DNA from: Patescibacteria group bacterium
Lineage (GTDB): Bacteria > Patescibacteriota > Minisyncoccia > Phycocordibacterales > Phycocordibacteraceae
Length of the DNA: 64,000 bases
Direction: 5' to 3'
Assembly (NCBI GenBank): GCA_019752595.1
Contig: JAIELV010000001.1
Coordinates: forward strand, 618,394-682,393
A program made the translations under genes and the position numbers. Below, one piece after another: positions 19,022 through 26,773 of the stretch. Numbering within the stretch: position 1 is the stretch's first letter; the number at the start of each line of letters is the position of its first letter. The notes below the pieces were generated by a model that saw only the letters and a list, made by a program, of their open reading frames with translations, ran no database searches and was not told the origin of the DNA.

Positions 19022-19545
19022 GATGTTGCCAACTGGTCCTTAAGCTTTGCTACCCCCCGATGAATCCTGACTGAGACCGCGTTCTCTGTGGAGCCGGTCA
19101 TGCGAGCTATTTCTTTCGGGGAAAAGCCTTCCACGTACCTGAGAGTCACTACAGTTCTGTACTCCTCCGAAAGTTCCGTAATCGCATCTTTCACTTTATT
19201 CAGCAAATCTTTCTCATCCATACTTTCTTCAACTTCCAAAATACTGCCCTCTGCAAACATGGCTTCAGTGGCACTAGGATTATCTTCCAATTTTTTATCG
19301 AGAGATTCAGTCTTTGACCTTCGGTATTCGTCAATAATCAGGTTATTCAAAATTCTGAATAGGAATGATTTAGGACTTCTGACGTCCCCGCCACCACGCA
19401 CGTAGTCCCACGCTTTGATAAACGTGTCTTGCGTTAAGTCATAGGCTCTTTCGCGGTCAGGAAGACGGAAGAAAGCATGACGAAAAAGCGCATCTGCATG
19501 CGTGTTGTAAGCGGCCAGGAATTCCTCTTCCTTGTTCCCTTTCAT
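19018..19545 (-). CDS. ECF RNA polymerase sigma factor
   Basis: Region 2 (DLTQDTFIKAW, NLIIDEYR) and region 4 (LRYVEGFSPKEIA...VSVRIHRG). Start taken as ATG 19545. Confidence 0.92.
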   Translation of the reverse strand: MKGNKEEEFLAAYNTHADALFRHAFFRLPDRERAYDLTQDTFIKAWDYVRGGGDVRSPKSFLFRILNNLIIDEYRRSKTESLDKKLEDNPSATEAMFAEGSILEVEESMDEKDLLNKVKDAITELSEEYRTVVTLRYVEGFSPKEIARMTGSTENAVSVRIHRGVAKLKDQLATS

Positions 19546-19654
19546 AGGCCGTATATGTAGACGAGTATACCCCGCCTTTCTTTCTGTCTTCACACGAAAA
19601 AAATTCCTGCCCGCAAGACGGTGTAGCTGTACCCCCCCCGCAACACAAAAGAGT

Positions 19655-19713
19655 ATCGTGGTATCGTGGTACCATGGTAACATGTTGACACGTAGAACCA
19701 TGTGCGATATAAT
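19655..19713 (+). promoter_or_regulatory. Consensus promoter overlapped by tandem 8-bp operator array (copy B)
   Basis: ATCGTGGT ATCGTGGT ACCATGGT AACATGTT GACACGTA overlapping TTGACA(19685)-N17-TATAAT(19708). Confidence 0.75.
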
Positions 19714-19719
19714 GAACGG

Positions 19720-20025
19720 GTGAAGAATAAAGTAAAAACCGACACCGAGCTGAACCGAAAGCGCATGGAGCGCCTGTATGATGCTCTGCTTTCACTTAAA
19801 ACCCGCGAAGAATCTGCTGCATTTTTGCGTGACTTGTGCACTGTCTCGGAACTTGAAGCACTTTCAGAGCGTTTGGCAATTGCTGAACGCGTGTCGAAAG
19901 ACGAATCGTATCTTTCTATTGCAAGCGATTTAGGAGCATCAACAACTACTGTTACTCGCGTAGCGCATTGGCTGAACCATGGAATGGGCGGCTACCGCGC
20001 GGTTTTAAATCGTTTGAAAAAATAA
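19720..20025 (+). CDS. TrpR-like (YerC/YecD) repressor
   Basis: FLRDLCTVSELEALSERL and GASTTTVTRVAHWL...GGY. Likely start is GTG 19720, 6 nt after the -10. Confidence 0.9.
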   Translation: MKNKVKTDTELNRKRMERLYDALLSLKTREESAAFLRDLCTVSELEALSERLAIAERVSKDESYLSIASDLGASTTTVTRVAHWLNHGMGGYRAVLNRLKK

Positions 20026-20050
20026 TTTCAAAAGAACTCCGTTGCACCAG

Positions 20051-20074
20051 CCGCCCCGACTCGGGCGGTTTTTT
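20051..20074 (+). terminator. Terminator after the TrpR-like gene
   Basis: CCGCCC/GGGCGG followed by T6. Confidence 0.7.
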
Positions 20075-20097
20075 AGTATCAAAAATAATCAAAACAT

Positions 20098-20340
20098 ATG
20101 AGCGAAGCAAAAAGAATATTGGCAGCATCAAGAAAAGTTTTCATCGCGCGGCAAGAAGAGCGCGCGTTTAGCGATAGATCGGAAGACGTGCGCGCGTGTG
20201 AGCCAGAACCGACCTTAGAGATTGCTAAGTCATTTCGACCGAAAACGATACCCAGCATGTACGAAACAGCTCGAATAGCAATGGACGAGAGGGTGGGGGG
20301 CACTGTTGAAAAAATCTCCAAGTTCCGAACGTACGATTAA
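20098..20340 (+). CDS. 80-aa hypothetical protein upstream of the radical SAM gene
   Basis: ATG after an A-rich leader; stop lies 7 nt before the radical SAM ATG. Confidence 0.55.
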   Translation: MSEAKRILAASRKVFIARQEERAFSDRSEDVRACEPEPTLEIAKSFRPKTIPSMYETARIAMDERVGGTVEKISKFRTYD

Positions 20341-20347
20341 TCACACT

Positions 20348-21517
20348 ATGTCACTAGAACGATTCATATACCAGCAGAAACCAGTTCGTCCTGAGAACCT
20401 GACCGCGACACTTACCGCGGTGGGTGCACGAACTTCAAAAGAGGACACCGATTTTATAGCGGAAAGACAGAATCCATACCGTCAAAAACGAGGCGGGTTG
20501 AGTTTCGGCGCGTACGCTTCAATCCGCATCCCCGCTGGAAAGACGGAAATGACGAATATAAATGTCTACGGGGAGCAATCTCAACTTTCTTCGCTTTCGC
20601 TTTCCGTCACCGATCGTGAGAAAGGTACGTTTGAGCTGAGAGACGACTCGCTAGGAACACTGACAACGGGGCGCATATTAGAAAGCCCGAACTGGGCGAA
20701 AGAGCGCCTTACAAGCGGCCGCGGGGCAATGCAGGTCTTGCAACGTCACGGACCAGCAAACCTCGTCGGGGTGTTAGGTGAAGGACGTTGCTCGCTTTTC
20801 GACAAAGGTAACGCTTGTACATTCTGTACGATGAGCGGAGGTGCAGCGAACGCAGACCGAGAGGTGGAAGAGCTAGCAGAAGCACTCGAGGTCGCACGCA
20901 CAACAGACCGCCGAGCATACAACCTGACGGTCACTACTGGTCTTCAATCCTCTCTTGAAGGTGCGAACGGACTCATTGAAAAAACAAAAGCTCTGAAAAA
21001 GACTGTCGGAGATACAGATATTGCTCTTGTAGTAGCGCCGTTTCAGGAAAATTCACGCGATCGGCTCACTGCGCTTAAGGATGCGGGGGTAGGTACTTTG
21101 ATGATGCCTCTTGATATCGCAAGCGAGGCGGCGCAAAAGACATATGTCCCTGGCAAGGCACCGCTTCTTGGCGCAACCTACTGGCGAAACATGAAAGAAG
21201 CTGCACGCATATTCGGAAAGGGCGGAGTCGCGTCAAGTATTATCGTCGGGCTCGAACCCGTTTCGGAGACCGAAAGGGCAATAGAGCGCATGGTTGATTA
21301 CGGAATTGTCCCAGAACCGATACCCGTCAGATGGGATGATTCAATTTGTTCGAATGAACCCTTACCAGTCACAAACCCAGATGATTTAGTCGCTATGCGT
21401 GCGAAAGCGGCCGATGCGCTCGGAAGAAGGCGTGATGAATTCGGAAAAGTAAAAGCAGGCTGTTCTGCCTGTGGAGGATGCGGTGGGTTCAAAGCAAACG
21501 ACGTACTCTCGGGATAA
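20348..21517 (+). CDS. Radical SAM enzyme, MSMEG_0568/NitD-like
   Basis: CX8CX2C cluster motif (CSLFDKGNACTFC), VTTG, PGKA, IVGLE and C-terminal KAGCSACGGC. Confidence 0.8.
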   Translation: MSLERFIYQQKPVRPENLTATLTAVGARTSKEDTDFIAERQNPYRQKRGGLSFGAYASIRIPAGKTEMTNINVYGEQSQLSSLSLSVTDREKGTFELRDDSLGTLTTGRILESPNWAKERLTSGRGAMQVLQRHGPANLVGVLGEGRCSLFDKGNACTFCTMSGGAANADREVEELAEALEVARTTDRRAYNLTVTTGLQSSLEGANGLIEKTKALKKTVGDTDIALVVAPFQENSRDRLTALKDAGVGTLMMPLDIASEAAQKTYVPGKAPLLGATYWRNMKEAARIFGKGGVASSIIVGLEPVSETERAIERMVDYGIVPEPIPVRWDDSICSNEPLPVTNPDDLVAMRAKAADALGRRRDEFGKVKAGCSACGGCGGFKANDVLSG

Positions 21518-21521
21518 AAAT

Positions 21522-23051
21522 CTACTCGTACTCAATTGTCGCAGGGGGTTTCTGGGTGATATCAAAAAAGACACGGTTCACTCCTTTCACTTCGTTCACG
21601 ATTCGGCTTGAAATCCTCTCCAGTAAATCGGTGGGGATTTTGTGCCAATCGGCCGTCATGCCGTCGACCGAATCAACAGCTCGAAGAGCAATTGCGTAAT
21701 CATACGTGCGGGCATCGCCCATCACGCCGACAGTCTTAATCGGAAGAAGTGCGGCGAACGCCTGCCAGATTTTTTCGTACTCCCCTGCTGATTTCAGCTC
21801 TTCCTGATAAATCGCATCGGCTTCGCGCAGAATTTTCAATCGGTCTTCGGTTACTTCGCCTACAATGCGAATACCAAGCCCTGGCCCTGGGAAAGGGTGG
21901 CGCCACACCATATCGTGCGGAATACCTAAACCTTCGCCCACGCGGCGCACTTCGTCTTTATACAAATCGCGGAGTGGCTCAATGACACCAAGCTTCATCT
22001 TTTCAGGCAACGTAAGGTTATGATGACTTTTTATTTTATCCGCATGTTTCCCTACTGCAGCCGATTCGATGCGGTCAGGATAAATTGTTCCTTGTGCAAG
22101 ATATTTCACAGGAAACTTTTGCAACTCCTCACCGAGGGCTTTCTCAAACACTTCCACAAACGCGTGCCCAATGATTTTGCGTTTCTCTTCGGGGTCAGTA
22201 ACGCCCTTGAGATTAGCGAGAAACATCTGCGAGGCGTCGATTACGTGAAGCCCTGTAAAGCCGCGCGACTTCAAAGACGCAGAAACGCTTTCTACTTCCC
22301 CTTTACGCAAAAGGCCGTGGTCCACGAACACCGCATGAAGCTGATCGCCAATTGCTTGATGGAGGAGCGTTGCGGCGACGAGTGAATCCACGCCTCCCGA
22401 AATACCAACCACCACATGGTCTGTACCGATTTTTTCTTTCAGGTCGGAAATTATGCCTGCCGAAACATCGCTCATGTTCCAGTTTTTCTCCGCTATTACG
22501 ATATCGAATACGAAGTTCGAAAGAATGTTTGTGCCGTGCACGGTATGTGTGACTTCAGGATGGAACTGAATCCCGTAGAAGCCTCGCTTCTCGTCAGCGA
22601 ATCCTGAAAGTTCACAGCTTTTTGACGAAGCGGTTTTTACAAATCCAGTCGGGAGTTTTGTTGCCTGATCGCCGTGCGAAAACCACACCACTTCTTTTGA
22701 TTCCAGCGTATTAAAAAGCGCATCTTTTTTGAGAATGTCTAGATTTTCTTTCCCGTACTCTTTTACGTAACCACCCTTCACTTCGCCCCCCAACATGTGC
22801 GCCATGAGCTGAAGGCCGTAGCAAATACCAAGAACGGGAACACCAAGTTCGAAAATACCTTTGTCAGGCAGCGGGCCGTTTTCAAGAACAGAGTGACCAG
22901 AACCTGAAAGAATAATTCCTTTCGGGTTCAATGCCTGTATTTCAGAAAGCGACGCATCACCATGCAAAATCTCGGCCTTTACGCCGAGGTCGCGCACTCT
23001 TCGTGCAATAAGGTGAGCAAATTGCCCGCCGAAGTTGAGAACTACAATCAT
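21522..23051 (-). CDS. guaA: GMP synthase (glutamine-hydrolysing)
   Basis: PVLGICYG, QFHPEV, SGGVDS, IKSHHN, RHPFPGPGL, KPPATIEYE. Confidence 0.97.
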   Translation of the reverse strand: MIVVLNFGGQFAHLIARRVRDLGVKAEILHGDASLSEIQALNPKGIILSGSGHSVLENGPLPDKGIFELGVPVLGICYGLQLMAHMLGGEVKGGYVKEYGKENLDILKKDALFNTLESKEVVWFSHGDQATKLPTGFVKTASSKSCELSGFADEKRGFYGIQFHPEVTHTVHGTNILSNFVFDIVIAEKNWNMSDVSAGIISDLKEKIGTDHVVVGISGGVDSLVAATLLHQAIGDQLHAVFVDHGLLRKGEVESVSASLKSRGFTGLHVIDASQMFLANLKGVTDPEEKRKIIGHAFVEVFEKALGEELQKFPVKYLAQGTIYPDRIESAAVGKHADKIKSHHNLTLPEKMKLGVIEPLRDLYKDEVRRVGEGLGIPHDMVWRHPFPGPGLGIRIVGEVTEDRLKILREADAIYQEELKSAGEYEKIWQAFAALLPIKTVGVMGDARTYDYAIALRAVDSVDGMTADWHKIPTDLLERISSRIVNEVKGVNRVFFDITQKPPATIEYE

Positions 23052-23102
23052 GCTTGAGTATATCCTTGGAGCGGGAGTTTTACAAATTTACCCCTCGACG
23101 AA

Positions 23103-23312
23103 CTAGTGTGTTCTGGGATTTTGTTCTTGTATATCTTCACTATCATTTAGATCCGCTTCCCTTTTATATTTCAGGTAGTCCCGCTCCCATTGCGGTATTT
23201 CGTGGGGCATTCTTTTATATTCGTCGCCGTCATCCCAACCTCCTTCGGCGCGTACAAATGGAACTCTAGTTAGAGGCCGGCCAAAAGACTTTTCTACGTG
23301 AGTGTGGTCCAT
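23103..23312 (-). CDS. Small hypothetical protein
   Basis: 69 aa; ATG 6 nt after TGgTATGAT. Confidence 0.5.
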   Translation of the reverse strand: MDHTHVEKSFGRPLTRVPFVRAEGGWDDGDEYKRMPHEIPQWERDYLKYKREADLNDSEDIQEQNPRTH

Positions 23313-23354
23313 ACCGACATCATACCAAAAACCCGCCATGAAGGCGAGTAAGTA

Positions 23355-23795
23355 TTACCGTTGCAATCTTTCTATTTCGCTTTTGTATCGCGCCATTTGC
23401 TCCTCTGAGAAAGGTAAGTCCGTATCCAAAGAATCCCTAAGTCCCACTGCCTCAATGACGGCATAACTCTGACTCATCCTTCCTGTTGCCATCCTAGCTG
23501 TGGCACGATGATTGAAACGCCAAAAGGCATCCGAATTTAAATCAAAAGTCAGCCCCGAACTTCTTGCTTTGTCAGCTCGCTTATAAGCAACCTGTCTCGC
23601 CTTGTCTGCAATGCGTGCCCATTTCTGAGTCTCACTGACAGCTTCAACTCCGCGCGCGACAACTCTCGTTACTCGGCTAGGCAAATGACCCCACGAAGTT
23701 TCGTCTTGTAAGGCAGCAGCGGCTTCCGCGAAGAACTGAGGGGTTCTTTTATCGTCATCAACGTGCAACCTTAAAGCAAGTTCATGTTTCAACAT
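23355..23795 (-). CDS. Hypothetical protein
   Basis: 146 aa; TTGACT-N17-TATAAT ends 7 nt before ATG 23795. Confidence 0.65.
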   Translation of the reverse strand: MLKHELALRLHVDDDKRTPQFFAEAAAALQDETSWGHLPSRVTRVVARGVEAVSETQKWARIADKARQVAYKRADKARSSGLTFDLNSDAFWRFNHRATARMATGRMSQSYAVIEAVGLRDSLDTDLPFSEEQMARYKSEIERLQR

Positions 23796-23891
23796 ATAAC
23801 GCATTATAAACCTTAATTTAGGAAAAGTCAAGCCCGCCGTCTCGCTCTACGAGATAGCTATATATTGAAAAACCCGCCATAGGGTGCGGGT

Positions 23892-24122
23892 TTAGTGGGA
23901 TTTCTTTTTCTCCTCTTTCTCCTTTCTTTTCCTCAGTTCTGCCTCGATTTCCCATTCTCTAAACTTTTCGGGCGGGATATATACACCTCGTGAAGCGCCT
24001 CTATCGTCGTGTTCAACCTGCACGGGAAGCCGAAGAAGTGGAGAATACTCATTCCGTCTGCGATCCCTTAAAGGACCATAATTGACTGGGTCGCCACCTT
24101 CAAAGTGTTGTTCGTGATTCAT
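23892..24122 (-). CDS. Small hypothetical protein
   Basis: 76 aa starting 7 nt after the purB stop, followed by a hairpin. Confidence 0.55.
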   Translation of the reverse strand: MNHEQHFEGGDPVNYGPLRDRRRNEYSPLLRLPVQVEHDDRGASRGVYIPPEKFREWEIEAELRKRKEKEEKKKSH

Positions 24123-24129
24123 ATTTAAT

Positions 24130-25491
24130 TTAACTCCACCTTTTCACTATACGCTTAGTTTTTTCAGCGGCAACTCCTATGTAGGAAGCGGGGTTTTTGA
24201 GAATTCCTTTTTGCTTATCAGTCATTTTGTCCAAATACGGTTTCATTTCTGAATCGGCAAACGCAACGTCTTCGAGTGACTTCCCTTCTTTCTGCGCGCT
24301 GAGTGTGAGATTTCTAACTTTTTCGTGCGCATCGGGGTGCCCCATCGAGGCAAGCATGATGTACAAAGGCTCGGCCGCAATCATGCCTTTCTGCATCGCC
24401 ATATTTGCTTCAAGCCTCGGCTTGTCGACAGAAAGTTTCGCCATTGTTTTCGAAAGCCTATTTGCCATCGAAACGGTGTAGGCGATTGTCTCTCCATAGG
24501 TTCTGCCAGATGCAGAATTGGTCAAATCGCGCTGGTGTTCAGAGATCTGGTCCATGAATACTGTCACCATTCTCGGCACAATAATTTTCCAAAGGCTTTT
24601 TGCGTTCTCAAAGTTAATTGGATTTCGTTTCTGCGGCATCGTAGACGAGCCAACTTGTGACTTTTCAAACTCCTCCCCTACTTCTCCGATTTCTGTTCGC
24701 TGTAACTGACGCATGTCGTCTGAAAGTTGCGCCATTATTCCTGCCGCAATCGTTGTCTCCGCCAAAAGTCGAACCATTGGTTCAGCCTGCGTGACCTGTG
24801 TTGCATGCTCCACGGGCTCGAGATTCATTTCTGCCAAAACGTCTTTTTCGAAAGCTTCAGGGTCATCAAAGAAAAGCGATGATGCGTTGTATGCGCCAAC
24901 AGCGCCTGAAAACTTCCCTTTCATCTCTCCCGCAAGAGCTTCAAGTGCCACGATCGACTGCCCAAGGCGGCTGACATAGCCTGCAACAACGTAGCCGAAT
25001 GTAAGCGGGACCGCGTGCTGGCCATGCGTGCGCCCGACCTGCACCGTTTCTGCTTCCCTTTCCGCAATTCCTACAAGAATCTTCAAGAGTGATTTCAAAG
25101 ACGGCACGAGTGCTTTCAGTGTTGCGTCTTTAAATCGAGCCGCGTTTGCGGTATCAGAGATGTCGTAGCTGGTTGCGGTCATGTGGACGTAGGGCTTTGC
25201 TGCGTCCGAAACTTTCAAACGAATGACGTTTACCATTGCGCGGATATCGTGTTTCACCTTGTCTTCTTCTTCGTAGACTTCTGCGGGAGTAATCGTCTGT
25301 ACGGCGGATTCAATTTCTTTCAAAACGTCTGCTGAACAAATTTTTCTCTTATGAAGTGCTTTTACGAGCGCAAGTTCAACGCTGAGCTTGTATTTGAGGT
25401 ACGCATTATCTGAGAGGTACTTCGCAACCTCTTCATCCCAGTACCGATAATCAACAGGAGCGATACTATCAAACGCATTTGAAGGTCTCAT
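24130..25491 (-). CDS. purB: Adenylosuccinate lyase
   Basis: GRTHGQHA and GSSTMPQKRNP (fumarate lyase signature), HQRDLTNS. Confidence 0.95.
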   Translation of the reverse strand: MRPSNAFDSIAPVDYRYWDEEVAKYLSDNAYLKYKLSVELALVKALHKRKICSADVLKEIESAVQTITPAEVYEEEDKVKHDIRAMVNVIRLKVSDAAKPYVHMTATSYDISDTANAARFKDATLKALVPSLKSLLKILVGIAEREAETVQVGRTHGQHAVPLTFGYVVAGYVSRLGQSIVALEALAGEMKGKFSGAVGAYNASSLFFDDPEAFEKDVLAEMNLEPVEHATQVTQAEPMVRLLAETTIAAGIMAQLSDDMRQLQRTEIGEVGEEFEKSQVGSSTMPQKRNPINFENAKSLWKIIVPRMVTVFMDQISEHQRDLTNSASGRTYGETIAYTVSMANRLSKTMAKLSVDKPRLEANMAMQKGMIAAEPLYIMLASMGHPDAHEKVRNLTLSAQKEGKSLEDVAFADSEMKPYLDKMTDKQKGILKNPASYIGVAAEKTKRIVKRWS

Positions 25492-25518
25492 TACTAGTAT
25501 TTTATCACATCTACAGAA

Positions 25519-25543
25519 ATGTGCTATACTTAGTATAGCACAT
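25519..25543. promoter_or_regulatory. 25-bp palindrome, copy 1
   Basis: ATGTGCTATACT-T-AGTATAGCACAT (perfect); recurs at 32439 and 42660. Confidence 0.7.
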
Positions 25544-25593
25544 ATTGTACTTTAGGTGAGAGCCGTGTAGGCATGCTATTCTCCTTCTTGTCG

Positions 25594-25664
25594 CGGGGTG
25601 TCGTATACCGGTAGTACGCTTGCTTTGGGAGCAAGATGACCGAGTTCGATTCTCGGCACCCCGA
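25594..25664 (+). tRNA. tRNA-Pro(TGG)
   Basis: CGGGGTG/CACCCCG acceptor, CTTGC-ttTGGga-GCAAG anticodon arm, GTTCGATTC; CCA not encoded. Confidence 0.92.
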
Positions 25665-26051
25665 CTAGGACCCGAGAACGACGTTCTCCAAAAACCGCAC
25701 TTTTGCGGTTTTTGTTTTTTCGTCGAGATAGACAGCAATAACATCAAATTGCCAATCCCCGACGACATTCCTTTCCAATATGTAGCTTTCTATAGTCCTC
25801 AAAAGCCTTTTTATTTTTTGAGGGTGTACGTTTTCTTCGGGGCGATGCCTTTCTGAAACAGCACTCTCCCCCGTTTCCCATGAAACGGATTTAACTTCTA
25901 CAAAATGCACACACTCATCTTTTCGAGAGACTAAATCGATCTCACCGTAGGGTTTTCGGTAGTTTCTGGATAGGATTGTATGTCCTTTTGATACTAAGTA
26001 CTCTTCGGCGACCTTTTCACCAATACGACCTATTTCATTATGTTTAGCCAT
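25665..26051 (-). CDS. yraN: YraN family (UPF0102) protein
   Basis: GRIGEKVA, RNYRKPYGEIDLV, FVEVK, FDVIAV. Confidence 0.9.
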   Translation of the reverse strand: MAKHNEIGRIGEKVAEEYLVSKGHTILSRNYRKPYGEIDLVSRKDECVHFVEVKSVSWETGESAVSERHRPEENVHPQKIKRLLRTIESYILERNVVGDWQFDVIAVYLDEKTKTAKVRFLENVVLGS

Positions 26052-26292
26052 ATTTTACTGTTTCACGTGAAACGTGTCTGAAAGCAAAAGTATGATAATA
26101 GCATTATTTAAAGCCATATTTTTAAGAAATTGCCTGTTTTTTGTGCCCTATATAAGTTGTCTTTTATACACATACACACAGGTTTGTCCACAGTTTTAGA
26201 CAATTTCACGTGAAACGCGTTTCTTATGAAACATGAGGCTATTTTTTATCTTCCCTGTTCTTTTTAGGCGTTTCAGCGTTGCACATGGAACA
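25872..26292. other. parS centromere cluster (five sites)
   Basis: Matches to TGTTTCACGTGAAACA: 26059-26074 (15/16), 26202-26217 (13/16), and 26218-26233, 26277-26292 and 25872-25887 (12/16 each; the last lies inside yraN). Confidence 0.8.
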
Positions 26293-26401
26293 GTGTATCC
26301 AGACAGGAGGAACCCCGTATCCAGCATCTACAAAAAAGCCCCGATTACCTTTGCAGGCGGGGCAGTGATTTTTACCTTCTTTTGAGAGGAAGGACATTGT
26401 G

Positions 26402-26472
26402 TGCGGCTACCGGGAATCGAACCCGAATCTCGTCCTTGGCAAGGACGCATTCTACCACTAAACCATAGCCGC
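26402..26472 (-). tRNA. tRNA-Gly(GCC)
   Basis: GCGGCTA/TAGCCGC acceptor, CGTCC-ttGCCaa-GGACG, GGTTCGATTCC; CCA not encoded. Confidence 0.93.
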
Positions 26473-26524
26473 AATTCCGTATTTATATCATGAACTACAT
26501 GTTTTCTGCCAGTTTTAGGGGTTG

Positions 26525-26625
26525 TTTGTGCTCCCGGAGGGATTCGCTCCTTACAGGAGCAGTACAGGTTTCGTATTCACGTCGCTTACGCTCGTTCATA
26601 TACTCAACCTTTTCGAATCCCTCCG
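26525..26625 (-). repeat. tRNA-associated structured element, copy 2 (3' of tRNA-Arg-TCG)
   Basis: 22-bp direct repeat of the tRNA 3' end (26525-26546 = 26651-26672), a 63-nt core homologous to 16152-16214, and a 14-bp inverted tRNA copy at 26612-26625. Confidence 0.8.
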
Positions 26626-26654
26626 CAACAAAACAGACCTTCGGTCTGACTTTG

Positions 26655-26726
26655 TGCTCCCGGAGGGATTCGAACCCCCAACGACTGCTTCGAAGGCAGT
26701 TATGATATCCATTTCACCACAGGAGC
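26655..26726 (-). tRNA. tRNA-Arg(TCG)
   Basis: GCTCCTG/CGGGAGC acceptor, ACTGC-ctTCGaa-GCAGT, GGTTCGAATCC; CCA not encoded. Confidence 0.93.
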
Positions 26727-26773
26727 GGTATTTGTAATCCTACGCCACGAACCGATAACGTACAATGCAGATA

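Noticed and set aside
26525-26672. 22-bp tRNA-Arg 3' duplication as attL/attR of a prophage or island
   Set aside because: Only about 104 bp lie between the repeats, with no integrase or cargo. It is treated as part of the structured element.
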